From Candidatus Bathyarchaeota archaeon (GTDB lineage: Archaea; Thermoproteota; Bathyarchaeia; Bathyarchaeales; Bathycorpusculaceae), in assembly GCA_963717465.1 (NCBI GenBank), contig OY970340.1:1472001-1536000 (forward strand): DNA of 64,000 nt, read 5' to 3'. Position numbers and translations under genes: made by a program. The notes under the pieces were generated by a model. It was not told the DNA's origin and ran no database searches. It saw only the letters and a program-made list of their open reading frames with translations. Shown here in pieces: positions 11,557 to 23,447 of this stretch. Each line of letters opens with the position of its first letter. The first letter of the stretch is position 1.

Positions 11557-11649
11557 TTAAGCTTTTTTATTTTTCTTTGCTTCTTTTTTGGCTTTTCTTT
11601 TTTCGTCTTTTTCTTTCTTACTTAGTGGTTTAGATTGCTTACTAGGCAT
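11557..11649 (-). CDS. 30-aa lysine-rich small protein (not in ORF track)
   Basis: MPSKQSKPLSKKEKDEKRKAKKEAKKNKKA*, preceded by GGTGGAG...AGGT. Confidence 0.5.
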   Translation of the reverse strand: MPSKQSKPLSKKEKDEKRKAKKEAKKNKKA

Positions 11650-11930
11650 TACCTATTTTCTCCACCTAACAGTATTGCTTTATTAGTTTAAAAATTATGC
11701 CGTAAATTTCTCCAAACAATCCATAGGTCCTTTTTGATAATCAAAAATTCATAAATGTTAGCTCGCATTTGGGCCTCTATTTGGTGGAATAAGTCATCAT
11801 TGTATTCTAAATGAATACTGCCTTTAATATCGTGCTGACCGGATGACTGTAACTGCTTAGCCGTGGAGAGTCATTGTGAGGGTAAAATTCTTTTGGTTAC
11901 CAGTACCAAGAATTTTTATTATCGGTTATT

Positions 11931-13362
11931 TTACGTTTTATTTGGTTTGCCTCTAATTAGTGAAATAATTGCGCCTGCTGCTGCAATGATGGCGGCAATG
12001 ATAAATGTGCTTTGCATTGCTGCAACAAATTCTTTGGTGGCTACTCCTAAGGCTGCTGGGTTAACTCCTACGAAGAGAGCGGATAGAACACTGCTGGGCA
12101 TGAAGGTTGCAAAAATTGCACTCATTAATGTTAAGCTTAATGATTGCCCTAGAGAACCTCATGGTTCCCAAAGTTCCAGATGCTATTCCAAGTCGGCTTT
12201 TATCAACAGATCCCATTACGGCGCTGGTGTTAGGAGATGAGAAGAGACCCATTCCCAAGCCGATGACAAATAATCCAAACGCAACATTTGTCGATGAAGA
12301 ACTGAGGTTTAAAGTGCTGACCAGTAAAAGTCCTACGCATATCAAAGCCATGCCTGATGAGGCCAACGCGCGTGATCCAACTTTGTCCGAAAGCCACCCG
12401 CTTACCGGAGATAAAACTGCCATCGCTAATGGCATTATGAAGAGTATTATTCCAGCTTGCAACGCGGAATAACCCAAAGCGCGTTGAAGGTAAAATGAAA
12501 TAAAAAAAGCTACTCCAAAATATGAAGTGTAGTTTAATAGGGCAGAAATGTTTGCTGCTGAAAACTGCCTGTTGCGGGTGAACAGTGTGACGTCAAGCAT
12601 TGCTTGGTCTCCTTTTTTTCTTTCCAAAAGAACAAACCCAACCAGAAATGCGCCGCTTGCAATTAGGAGAGTAATTATCATAGGTGTACTCCAACCGTAG
12701 ATTCCACCTAATGTCAATGCAAGAAGCAGTGGAATGATTCCTAATGAAAAGGACAAGGCACCGGTTAAGTCAAAGCCTTTTTCGCTGGATTTAAGGGGAT
12801 CTTTTAGTTTCCAGAGTGACATTGCTACTACCAATATTCCGATTGGTATGTTCACGTAGAATATTGATCGCCAACCAACTACGCTGGTTAGGAAACCGCC
12901 TAAGCTTGGGCCGACGGCTAGTCCGACGTAGACTGACATTGCGTTTATTCCAAGAGCTTTTCCTCTTTCCTTGCCGGGGAATACGTCGGTAACTATTGCG
13001 GGTGAAGTTGCGGCCATGAAAGCTGCTCCTGCTCCTTGAACGGTTCGGAAAGCGATGAGCTGTAATCCGCTAATTGAAATGCTGCATAAGAACGAGGCTA
13101 CCGTGAATACAGCAAAGCCGGTGATGAAAAAGGGTTTTCTACCTCTCATGTCTGAAAGCCTGCCTATACTTAGCAGCAAAACGGTTAGGGAAACTAAGTA
13201 GGCTGCAGGCACCCAGATTGCCATTGCATAAGTCATATTCAGGTCAGAAGTTATAGAGGGGAGAGAAACGCTAACTATTGAGCTGTCCATGGGTGACATG
13301 AATGAGCCTATGGAAGTTACCAACAAAATAAACCATTTATAAGAATCGCTGCTCATCCCCAA
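11931..13362 (-). CDS. MFS drug:H+ antiporter (DHA2/EmrB-QacA type), frameshift near 12140
   Basis: D..IV.VSLP, GRLSDMRGRK motif A, GPSLGG, WRSIFYVNIPIG; last TM segment in the second frame. Confidence 0.88.
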
Positions 13363-13466
13363 ACCCCGCGGTTGTAGTTCACAAAAACGCTGCCAGAATA
13401 TATTAGGCTTTGCAGCTTAAGCGTCTCTCGTAAGAAAAATGGAAAAGAAGGAGAAAATTGAAAATT

Positions 13467-14045
13467 TTATTTTTGTTTTATTATTTTGGGTGGCTTGTTG
13501 TTTTCAGGGACGAAAACAGCTACTGAAACCGTGGTTGTCCACAGTCCGTTTTTGTCTCCTGCTGCTGATTGTGTTATGTTAGCGGTTTTAATTATTAATC
13601 CTGTGGTTTTGAAAAGTTGCTTGCGTTCATCCCAAGCGGTTTCTGGGTCAAACTGGATACCCATGGTTGTTGCAAGCATGGTTGCTGCCAAGTCTTCTGC
13701 GTAGTCTCCTGCTGCCTCATCGGTTTGACCGTAAGAGTGGTGTTCTGATAGGTAACCGTACTGGTTTTTTTCTGAGGGAATAGCTACGCCGATTGATGAA
13801 GCGACTAGTCTGTGTGGCTCGTTTGTTGCGTTTCTAGCTAAAACTACGAATGTAATTTCTCCAGGCTGAACCATTCTTAATCCTTGCTCTCGAGTAATTA
13901 ATTCGCATCCGGGGGGAACGATGCTTGAAACATTTACGAGGTTGCAGTGTTGAATGCCAGCGTTTCTTAATGCTAACTCAAAGCTTTGTAATTGCTCTTT
14001 ATGTTTGCCTACGCCCTTTGTTAAGAAAAAGCATTTTGGTATCAT
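13467..14045 (-). CDS. pdaD: Pyruvoyl-dependent arginine decarboxylase
   Basis: [21 protein letters not shown] self-cleavage motif, GYLSEHH. Confidence 0.9.
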   Translation of the reverse strand: MIPKCFFLTKGVGKHKEQLQSFELALRNAGIQHCNLVNVSSIVPPGCELITREQGLRMVQPGEITFVVLARNATNEPHRLVASSIGVAIPSEKNQYGYLSEHHSYGQTDEAAGDYAEDLAATMLATTMGIQFDPETAWDERKQLFKTTGLIIKTANITQSAAGDKNGLWTTTVSVAVFVPENNKPPKIIKQK

Positions 14046-14220
14046 TTTATTCCGAATTTAGTGAGTGGAATGCATTTATTAGTTTTGTGTTTCAAAACTG
14101 AAACCTGAATACTAAATCAAGGTTAACCTCTTGCAAAATATTTTTTGTAAAGCGTTGTATGCCCTTTTAGATACTGATTGTGGTGGAGCGTTGAGTCGCT
14201 TATTCTGATTCTTGTTTAGA

Positions 14221-16837
14221 TTATTTTGATGGTAGGGTTATGCTGAATTTTGTTCCTTTTTCGGTTTCGCTCTTAAAGCTTATTGTTCCGCCTTGGGCTT
14301 CTATAACTCGTTTGCATACTGATAGACCGAAGCCTTGACCTTTCGATTTTGTTGTGAATAGAGGGGTGAAGATTTTAGGTTTAATCTCGTCAGGAATTCC
14401 GATACCAGTATCTTTAACTTCAATTTGTGTTTGGCCCTTCCTGTTAATGTATGCTTTTATTGTTAATTCGCCTCCGTTAGGCATGGCTTGAACCGAGTTT
14501 GTGATTAAATTAATTAGGACTCTTCTCAGCAGTTGAGGGTCTGCCTCGATAGTTAGTTTATCATTAAATTGGATTATTGTTTGAATATTTTCGGGGATGT
14601 CTATCTGCGCTAAAGTTGACGTGACAAGCGCATTCAAATCAATTAAATGCCTGTTTATTTCCACTGGTTTAACGAAAGTTTGCAAGTCACTTACTATTTT
14701 ATCCATGTAGCTAACTTGTGTTTCAATGCCTTCGATGCTCTCATTCACCATTGTCTTCCCTTGTCCTTCAGGGACACCATCTAACTCTAATTTGGCAAGG
14801 TATAGCTCACCGATGATAGTTTGGAGTGGATTTCGCAAATCATGTCCAACCATGCCAGCAGTCTCACCTATTGCTGATAGCCTTTCTTTTTCCTGCAATT
14901 GCTTTTCCAGTATTTTACGTTCTGTTACATCTTCAGCGATTAAACCCATTTGGTTTCGATTCGGTTTCCACGCGAGAACTTCAAAATAGCGGTTAAGTAC
15001 TTCACTTTTCATTAGAGAACGATTAGGCTTACCTGTGCTTTCCACTTCATTAAATATCTCCAGCCAATAACCGACTCCCAATTTCATCAAATCACTTGGA
15101 CTTTTGTCCTTAAAGACATCCCTCGGTCTTTTGCCAATAACATCCTCTTTTCTTTTTCCAAGAAGCTTTAAAAATGCAGAGTTAGCATCGGTAATAAAAT
15201 AATCAATTATTTTTCCTGATTTATCGTAAACCAAGTCTGCAACATAAAAAATTTCAGCCATAGAATCAAAAAATTGATGATATCTTTTTTCACTTTCATG
15301 CAAAGCGTGTTGAGCCTGCTTAAGCTCAGTCATGTCAACGCCTATCCCTCTTGCTCCAACTATTTTATCTTCCTTTACGATTGGAACACTAATTAGTAAT
15401 ACTGGGAATTGGGAACCGTTCTTTCTAACAAATAAGTATTCATTACTTTGCCGCTTGCCATTTGAAAACATTTTAATCATGTTTATTCTTGAACGCGTAA
15501 CGTCCTCCTTAGCAACTAGTATGATTAGCATCAAAGCCACTTTCGAACTCTTCTCTAGAATAGCCCGTTTGTTCAATTGATTTAGAATTTGCAAAAACTA
15601 TTATTCCTTTATCGTTGATCTCAAAAACCATTTCAGGTAATTTATCAACCATCTGTTGATACTTGTTCTCGCTTTCCCTTAGCGCTTCTTCAACTTTTTT
15701 GCGCTCTGTTACATCTCTGAATAAACCGCCGACTTTGCCCGCAAAAGGAAATATTTGAGCATCATACCACTTTCCCGAATGCCGATCAAAATTTTCATAA
15801 CGTACCCACTCACCGCCTTTTGTAACTCTGCCAATTAGTGAAAACAATTCAGGCGAAAGATCACTGACACTCTCACTTGCCATTTTGCCTAGATTCTTCT
15901 TGAAGAATTCGCCTGTCTGGCGTTCATATGAAGGACTAATTTTCAACCACTTGAAATCATAAACTTTGCCACTTTGATTATACACTGGATCAATCAAAAC
16001 AAAACCATCATCTGTTTTTTCAAACAGCGTTCTGTAAAGCTCCTCACTTTCCTTAATCGATTCCTCAGCTTTCTTGCGTTCAGTTACGTCTATAAATGAA
16101 GCTAAAAGGTAATCTTCATTCTGAATCTTAATAGTTGACGCTGACAAGCTTACTGTGATTTTAGTTCCATCTTTTCTTTTAAAAACGAAGTCTCTGTTAC
16201 AAACAAATCCGTTTGAGTTAAGTTCATTTATCAGACTTGCGCGATTGCTGGAATCAGCCCAAACTTCTAACGAATTGCGACCAATTGCTTCCTCAGGAGT
16301 ATAACCTAAAATGTTAAATGCTGACTCGTTGGCATCAATTATTTTACCGTCCCTTGAGCGAGTTAGCGATACAGCATTTGGGCTGAACCTGAATGCCTTT
16401 GAAAACTTTTCTTCCGATAATCGCAAAGCTTCTCCCATTTTCTTGATCTCAGTTATGTCCTGAGCAAAGACTAAAAGAGAATCAGGCTGATTATTCCTGA
16501 AAATCACTTTGGCATTGAATAATGCCCACAGAGTTTGTCCACTCTTTGTTCTTATTTCAATTTCTGATTTAAGGTTCTTTCCCTCAACTACTGCTTTCTT
16601 AAAGCCATCCCGAAATTTCTTTTTACTTTCACCGACCATTATCTCATCTAAAAGGTTCATTGTAAGAAGTTCTGCTTCCGAAAAGCCTAAAATTCTGCTC
16701 ACCATTGAATTCGCATTTCGAAGCTTTGAACCTTCTAAACTTACTTCGAAGATTGCAATAGGGGCATCCTTTGAAAGTTGCCAAAATTTTTCTTCGCTTT
16801 TATATGGAGATTCTTTGGTTCTCTTGTCTGGTTCCAC
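14221..16837 (-). CDS. Multi-PAS sensor histidine kinase (frameshift near 15590)
   Basis: Repeated PAS/PAC units (DITE, DVTERK), H-box GHDLRNPL, N/G1/F/G2 boxes; GTG start at 16837 behind GGAGGT. Confidence 0.88.
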
Positions 16838-17093
16838 ACGAACCTCCCCCAAAGAAAATAGCTTATTCTTTAAATTTAAATCAATTGGAAGCAAAAACGA
16901 TTGAAAGTGTGCATTAATTATAGCCCAATAACTAATGGTGTCCAAGTGGCTGGTTGCACAATAATGAATGAGCGGATGCAAGGATATGCTTGGCTTGAGA
17001 GTGAAATTTTATGTTTGTGTTTCAAGACATAAATACTTCCATACTTTATGTGAAAAGAGTAAATGTTTCCAGGTTGAGCTTGGGGTCAAAGAT

Positions 17094-18289
17094 TTGAGTT
17101 CAAATCAAAGCGTGTTTAAAGACGAATCGAAACTTGACATAAATTGGGTTCCGCCAAAATTGCCGCACAGGGAAAAGGAGCTTCGCTTGCTGATGGAATT
17201 CTTTAGTTTTCTTCTTCGCCATCCGGAAAAAATGGCGCAAAGAGTTATCATCACAGGTGAAGTAGGCACTGGAAAAACTGCTTTATCCCAAAGTTTCGGT
17301 GCAAACATCACTTCTGAAGCAAGGAAAAGAGCCATAAAACTTTTGTATGTTCACGTTAATTGCCGTGAGTGTCGAGGAAAACTTTTCCTTATCCTTCAGC
17401 ATATATTAAGCATTGTTCGACCCAATTTTCCCAAACGTGGCTACTCCGTTGAAGAGGCCCTTGACACTTTAATGCAGAGTTTAGATGAAGAGAACGCTTT
17501 TTCATGATATTGGCTCTAGATGAATTTGACGCGTTGGTTGATAATGAAGGTTCAGAATCAGTTTACAAGTTAACTAGGATTCAGGAGATGCGCGCATGGC
17601 AAGGCTCAGCGGATGTCTTTGCTTTTTATTCTTAGAGATTTGAAAGCTGTTGACAAGTTGGATACTAGCACAAAAAGCACTTTGCAACGCAACGTGGTTG
17701 CATTGGTGCGTTATGAGAAGATGCAGCTTGCTGATATTTTAAATGACCGTGTGTCTTTGGCTTTTGAGTTAGGCGTGGTTCCAGAGGAAACAATTGTTCT
17801 TGTTTCTGAACTTGCATCTTCTGAAAGCGGAAATGCCCGTTTCGCTATTGAATTAATGTGGCGTGCTGGAAAATATGCTGATGCAGAAGATTCAGTTTCA
17901 GTGGAGCCTGAATGTGTGAGGAAAGCAGTGTCAAGCATTATTCCAACACTTCGACGCAGCGAGTTGGACGCCCTTGGTTTTCATGAACGATTATTCTTGT
18001 TGGCAGTGGCACGTTTCTTTAAGGAGAATCCGCAGGCATACGTAACACTGAGTCAAGCTGAACAAGCGTACTCTGTTGTATGCGAAGAATACGGAGAGCA
18101 GCCAAATAGTCATACGCAGGTTTGGAAGTACGTTCAATTGTTTTCTTCATTGGGCATTTTGAAAACTGAAGTGGCAACAGCGGCTACCCGTGGAAGGTCT
18201 ACGCGAATTTATCTTGCCCTCTATTCCAGCGGTTGAATTGGAGAAAGAATTAAGTGCTCGCGTTAAAAGATGGGAAAGGTGCAAATTAA
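17094..18289 (+). CDS. cdc6: Orc1/Cdc6 replication initiation protein (several frameshifts)
   Basis: PPKLPHRE, Walker A GEVGTGKT, HVNC, Walker B LALDEFD in the next frame, GNARFAIE, C-terminal winged helix; end approximate. Confidence 0.88.
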
Positions 18290-18551
18290 ATGGAACTGGA
18301 AGAAGTTTTCTCTTCTAAACCGCGAATGAAAATTTTAAAGTTAATTTGGCAGTTGGGTTCGCTTAATGTTTCAGATATTGCTCGACGGCTTAAACTGAAT
18401 TATTCCGCAACATTAAAGCACTTGGCGCTTTTAGAGAGAAGAAGAGATTTTGCAGCAGCGATCCTACGGACGGGTTCGCATGTACCGTTTCAGCGAATCA
18501 TCTAAGGCAAAGGCTGTGGAAAACCTGATAAAGGCGTGGGAAACCAAATAA
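18290..18551 (+). CDS. Small winged-helix (ArsR-like) protein (frameshift)
   Basis: FSSKPRMKILKL..LNVSDIARRL..HL; continues as YGRVRMYRF in a shifted frame. Confidence 0.7.
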
Positions 18552-18596
18552 AATATTAAAATACTGCTTATTTTAGAAGCAGCTGGATGAAATAAA

Positions 18597-19033
18597 ATGG
18601 TAATGGTTGATGTATCAGGTAAAGCGGAGATTTTCCGTGAAGCAACCGCTTCGGCACAATTAAATTGAAGGCTGAGACGATTAATTTGATTAAGGAAGGG
18701 AAAACTGCCAAGGGCGATCCTCTTTACACGGCAAAGATAGCTGGCATATTAGCGGCTAAGAAAACAAGTGAACTGATTCCTCTTTGTCACCCGTTGCCGT
18801 TAACTAACGTGGACGTGACGGCTAAAGTACTGGATAACCTTACAGTTGAAGTTTCAGCTACGGTTAAAACCAAGGCTCAAACAGGTGTAGAGATGGAAGC
18901 GCTCACCGCTGTTTCAGCTGGGTTACTTACAGTTTGGGACATGACAAAACAGTACGAAAAAGACTCAGCAGGTCAATACCCCAGCACAAGCATTAATGAT
19001 ATTCATGTCGTTAAAAAATTGAAGAAAGCGTGA
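18597..19033 (+). CDS. moaC: Cyclic pyranopterin monophosphate synthase (frameshift near 18655)
   Basis: MVDVSGK..REATA, LIPLCHPL, TGVEMEAL, WDMTK. Confidence 0.92.
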
Positions 19034-19573
19034 ATGATTATGAGTGAAACCAGCAAAATGCACAAGTCCAAAGCGCCTAAAGCATTAAATTTCGGAGTAT
19101 ACATTTGCAGCACCTCCAGACATAAACTTTGCGAAAAAGGCGAAAAAAACGTCAGCGATGTTTCAGGAGAAACCTTGGAAAAACTCGTTGAAAACGCTGG
19201 ACACAAAGTGCTGTTCAAAAAAATTCTGCCAGACGATAAATCCATAATTGCTGAGGCTACTAAACAAGCTTTAGCTATGTCTGATTTAGACGTGGCTATT
19301 TTTTGCGGTGGCACAGGAATCACGCCGACAGATGTCACGATAGAATCTGTTTCGCCGTTTTTCGAAAAATCTCTTCCTGGCTTCGGCGAGTTTTTTAGGC
19401 GCCTAAGCTATGATAAAGTTGGCTCTCCAGCAGTTTTGTCGCGTGCTACAGCAGGAGTAGCCGGTGGCAAGGCATTTTTCTGCATTCCTGGTTCACCTGA
19501 CGCTGTGCGAACTGCTGCGGAATTACTTATATTGCCTGAGGCTCCTCATATCGTAAAGCACGCAAGGGAATAG
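19034..19573 (+). CDS. moaB: Molybdopterin adenylyltransferase (MoaB/MogA family)
   Basis: D.SG, ILPDD, GGTGITPTDVT, LPGFGE, LSRA.AG, PGSP. Confidence 0.9.
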   Translation: MIMSETSKMHKSKAPKALNFGVYICSTSRHKLCEKGEKNVSDVSGETLEKLVENAGHKVLFKKILPDDKSIIAEATKQALAMSDLDVAIFCGGTGITPTDVTIESVSPFFEKSLPGFGEFFRRLSYDKVGSPAVLSRATAGVAGGKAFFCIPGSPDAVRTAAELLILPEAPHIVKHARE

Positions 19574-19580
19574 AAATAGA

Positions 19581-20524
19581 ATGAGTCTTATTGATGACTG
19601 CGGTAGACCTTTACTTAACCTTCGCATTTCCATAACGCAACGCTGCAATATACACTGCACTTATTGTCACCGCGAAGGAGAAGTAAAACGTGCAAATCGT
19701 TCAGCAGAAAAAATGTCCCTTGAAGAAATCACCAGAATAGCCAAAATAGCAATAAGCCTTGGAATTTCACGAATAAAATTAACTGGTGGAGAACCGCTCC
19801 TGCGCAAAGATATCCGTGAAATCGTCAAAGGCATATCAATGGTGCCAGGACTGAAGGATTTATCGCTAACAACAAACGGTATCCTGCTAAGTTCAGATTC
19901 TATGGCAAAAGACCTGCGTGAAAATGGATTAAAAAGAGTAAATGTTAGCCTGCCGTCTTTAAACTCTCAAACTTACAGCAAGTTGACCAGTGGAAAATTG
20001 GAGGCTGCCTTGAGCCGGAGTTAAAGCTGCGGTGGAAGTAGGTTTTTCCCAAGTTAAACTTAACATGGTTATCTTGAAGGATGTTAACATCGGCGATATT
20101 CCTGATATGATAGAATACGCGAAACAAACTGGCATCATACTGCAGCTTATAGAACTTGACCCAATAAATGTCGGACAAGAATACTACGATAATCATCATA
20201 ACAGTTTAGACTCCTTTGAAAACATGCTCAGACAAAAAGCGTTGTCGGTTGAAACGCGAACAGTACATGCATAACCGCAGAATATACCATTTGCCAGGCG
20301 TAACCGTTGAAGCAGTTCATCCGATTGAAAACAGCGAATTCTGCCTGCACTGCACAAGGATGAGAGTCACAAGCGACGGCAAGCTTAAACCGTGCCTAAT
20401 GAGAAACGACAACCTAACCGACATACTAACTCCAATCCGACAGGGCGCAAGTGATGAACAAATAAAACAACTATTCATAAAAGCAAACACGCTAAGAGAA
20501 CCATTCAACAAAGGAACAATCTGA
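19581..20524 (+). CDS. moaA: GTP 3',8-cyclase (two frameshifts)
   Basis: LRISITQRCNIHCTYCH, LTGGEPLLR, VKLNMV, FCLHCTRMRVTSDGKLKPCL. Confidence 0.92.
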
Positions 20525-20756
20525 TCCGCTTCAAAAGTTGACTTTTTAAGGCAACAGTCTCTAACAGTTTCTCAATGTTTGATTGATTTATTAAGCAATC
20601 AATAATCTTTTAATTTAGGCGATGAAGCACTATCTTGGAAAGTTCAAAAGAGTACTTAATTTCATTAAACTTCTAAGCGGAATTTTTTAGCCGAAAAAGT
20701 GCGCACGTTTATTATGTTTAAATACAAAAAAGCCCCCTTTTTATCGGGACTAAGGC

Positions 20757-20924
20757 ATGATAAAGTGTGATCGTTGCGGAAAAGAAATGAAATCAGATGA
20801 AGTAAACTTGGTTAGGGATGTGCTTGGAAAATTCTGCCCTGAGTGCAAAGTTAAGCTTGAAACAGGCATTGATACAAAAGAATATCACGAAGATCAAAAC
20901 ATGGATTCCGTTGGCGGCGGTTAA
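20757..20924 (+). CDS. 55-aa zinc-ribbon microprotein ending in GGG (not in ORF track)
   Basis: MIKCDRCGKEMKSDEVNLVRDVLGKFCPECKVKLETGIDTKEYHEDQNMDSVGGG*; two CxxC motifs; TTTAAATA box upstream. Confidence 0.7.
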   Translation: MIKCDRCGKEMKSDEVNLVRDVLGKFCPECKVKLETGIDTKEYHEDQNMDSVGGG

Positions 20925-20936
20925 GGTACTATTCAT

Positions 20937-21590
20937 TTAATGGTTGCCTACGTTTTCAGCAAGCAAACGTCTTTCTGCTTTTCTTAAGTGTTCCCCCAAC
21001 GTAGAGTTCCCAATATTAAGCTTTTTAGCAAGAGTCTCTGAATTTATTCTTCTTGGAATATCATAATAGCCAAGTTTGTAGGCTGTTATTATGACTTCCC
21101 TCTGCTTCTCTGTTAGCTTAGCAAGGGGCGAGTTGGGTGAAAACTTTGCGTCGGTCAATGAGACTATTTTATATCTTAAACCGATAGATGTAACTCTTTC
21201 GAGGGATTTTTGAATTTGTTCAGAGCTGCCGAAAAATGAAAATCTTATTTTCCCGTCCCGAACTCCCAAGGGAGGAAACAAATACCCTCTCTCAATTCCT
21301 ATTGAATCAAAAACTGGAGATAGGCCTGGTCCCCCTTTCATAAAAACGGTATAACTTTTATTATTTTGTTGTTCAAGTACCTGAATATCTTTTATAACAC
21401 CGTTGGCAAGTAGGTCGACAATTCGAGATGCTTCATCCTTGAATTCTATTCGTGCTATCACAGCAAATTGTTCGGCATCTTGTCTGAGGACATATTGCAA
21501 CTCCAACGACTTTATTTTTTGAAAGTCCTCAGTTAGAATCCCGACTTTGCATAGGTCTTTTTCCAGTACTTCTAAAATTAGTCGGCGCAT
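20937..21590 (-). CDS. HTH-10 (Bat-type HTH) transcriptional regulator
   Basis: LTEKQREV..AYKLGYYDIPRR..EHLRKAE. Confidence 0.88.
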   Translation of the reverse strand: MRRLILEVLEKDLCKVGILTEDFQKIKSLELQYVLRQDAEQFAVIARIEFKDEASRIVDLLANGVIKDIQVLEQQNNKSYTVFMKGGPGLSPVFDSIGIERGYLFPPLGVRDGKIRFSFFGSSEQIQKSLERVTSIGLRYKIVSLTDAKFSPNSPLAKLTEKQREVIITAYKLGYYDIPRRINSETLAKKLNIGNSTLGEHLRKAERRLLAENVGNH

Positions 21591-21632
21591 AAGATAGCTT
21601 CATTTTTTCTTCATTTAGGCTTTTTGGCTGAG

Positions 21633-21646
21633 CCGTATATATACGG
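21633..21646. promoter_or_regulatory. Perfect 14-bp palindrome CCGTATATATACGG over a TATA-like core in a divergent promoter
   Basis: Self-complementary; lies between the regulator and the PrpD-family gene. Confidence 0.5.
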
Positions 21647-21705
21647 TAGAAAATTAATCCGCCGTGCGTGCTAGAAAGAAGAAGGTAAAACGAAGGAGAG
21701 TAAAG

Positions 21706-23130
21706 ATGAGCAAAGAGAATGAGAATAAAACAAACCAACCTGACACTCTAATTAATCGAAATAATGCTTTTGGCGAGAAGCTAGCTGAATTTATTTTGAA
21801 TACTAAATACAGTAACATTCCTCAGGATGTGTTGTCATCCATAAAAGCGTTAACACTCAAGAACATCGCTGACATCGTGGTGGGTGCCAGTCTACCTCAC
21901 TCCCGAAAAGTGGCAAATCTAATCAGAGAACATAGGTCACACGGCGAAGTGGGAGTTTTGACTTACGGGTTCCGTACGTCCCTTTGGGATGGCATCTTCA
22001 TTAACGCTTTTTTTGCACACGCAGCTGAATTAGAAGACGATGCATTTTTTGATGCTGACTTTCAGCCTTGCGGTCCATCATGGTCAATCACCGTTATACC
22101 ATTGCTTCTTACGCTTGCACAGAGGCAAAGACTATCAGGGAAACAGCTGCTAGAGGCAATTGTAATTGGATTAGAAGTTCACCGACGGACATGCTTGACT
22201 ACGGTAGGGCATAGAGGCGTACTTTTGGGTCCAGGTGCTGTGGGTCCCGCAGCTGCGGCAGCTAAAGCTTTGGATCTAAACAAGGAAGAGATAATGTCAG
22301 CAATAGGTCTGGCAATTTCAGGGGCTGATGTTCAGAGAGTAAATTACGGGTACGATAGTCACTTTTTCGAGTCATCCATGCAGTCACTACACGGCATCAT
22401 AGCGGCTCAGATGGCCCAAAATGGCTTAACGGGTAATCCTGACTTGCCTGCGTTCCTTTCTGTTAAATATGGGGAAACTGCAGTCAATAGTGATAAAATG
22501 TTGGCAGATCTGGGGGCTCGCTGGTTATGCAAAGACTTCTGGATCAAAAAGTATCCAGCTAGCTTTGGGCTTCATAACCTAATCGACGTGATGTGTGAAT
22601 TCAAAAATAAATACAAATTCACAGTGGACGAAATTGATGTTATTGAGGCTTTTCCGCCTGGCGTTCAATTGGGCTTCATTCCGAAAACTCCACTGCAAAC
22701 TGAGTTTAGCCTGTATTGGGTGCTGGGAGTAGCCGCAGTGGATGGAGATGTGAATGTCAGTCACCTGACTCAAGAAGCATTAGATAACCAAATTTACCAG
22801 AAAGCGGTTGCTAAAGTTAAACAAACCGTTCCCCCAGAGTTACAGAAAGAAGGTATGGGCATGATACCGTTTACCCATACTGATCGCTTGAAAGTCTATA
22901 TGAAAGACGGAAGAGTGTTTTCAGGTGAAAGAAGATATCCCATCGGATCCCCCAAAGAGCCCTTGACAAGCGAACAAGTTACAAGTCTTTTCCAAAAATT
23001 CGTCTCGCACGTATTCTCACCTCAACACGTTGAAAAGATTTCAGATACATTTCTAAACCTTGAAAAACTCAATGATGTAGGTGAAATAATGGATCTGCTT
23101 ACCTACAGAAATGAACGAGGCATATCCTAA
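21706..23130 (+). CDS. MmgE/PrpD family protein
   Basis: NAFFAHAAELED, IKKYPAS, FSLYW, GSPKEPLT; divergent member, substrate unknown. Confidence 0.85.
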   Translation: MSKENENKTNQPDTLINRNNAFGEKLAEFILNTKYSNIPQDVLSSIKALTLKNIADIVVGASLPHSRKVANLIREHRSHGEVGVLTYGFRTSLWDGIFINAFFAHAAELEDDAFFDADFQPCGPSWSITVIPLLLTLAQRQRLSGKQLLEAIVIGLEVHRRTCLTTVGHRGVLLGPGAVGPAAAAAKALDLNKEEIMSAIGLAISGADVQRVNYGYDSHFFESSMQSLHGIIAAQMAQNGLTGNPDLPAFLSVKYGETAVNSDKMLADLGARWLCKDFWIKKYPASFGLHNLIDVMCEFKNKYKFTVDEIDVIEAFPPGVQLGFIPKTPLQTEFSLYWVLGVAAVDGDVNVSHLTQEALDNQIYQKAVAKVKQTVPPELQKEGMGMIPFTHTDRLKVYMKDGRVFSGERRYPIGSPKEPLTSEQVTSLFQKFVSHVFSPQHVEKISDTFLNLEKLNDVGEIMDLLTYRNERGIS

Positions 23131-23447
23131 GAAGTTATTACCCTTTTTTTAACTCTGAACTTTTTTTCTTGAATTCTGCAACAAAAATGCCTACAGATGA
23201 GTTTCCGATATTTGCCGTCTCATGATTTTACCACTTGAGAAGAACAACTGATCAATGAATTAAATCCATTTCTTGAAACGTGCACTTTTTTCAAAGTCTT
23301 CCGAGGCCAACCCATTTTCTTAAGACATTCCAAACTGTAGAGAAGTCGAAAAAACTGATATCCAAAAATTATGAATTTTCAAGCTCCAACTTCAAAATCG
23401 GCGAAAAAAACGTCTTAGCTTAAGCTGCACTATTCAGGGTACTTGAA

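Noticed and set aside
11522..11668. 10-bp inverted repeat TAGGTGGAGA as MITE ends
   Set aside because: Too short, no target-site duplication seen, and the sequence is RBS-like.
16838..17093. Replication origin beside cdc6
   Set aside because: Only one weak TTTCCAG match; no repeated ORB elements visible.
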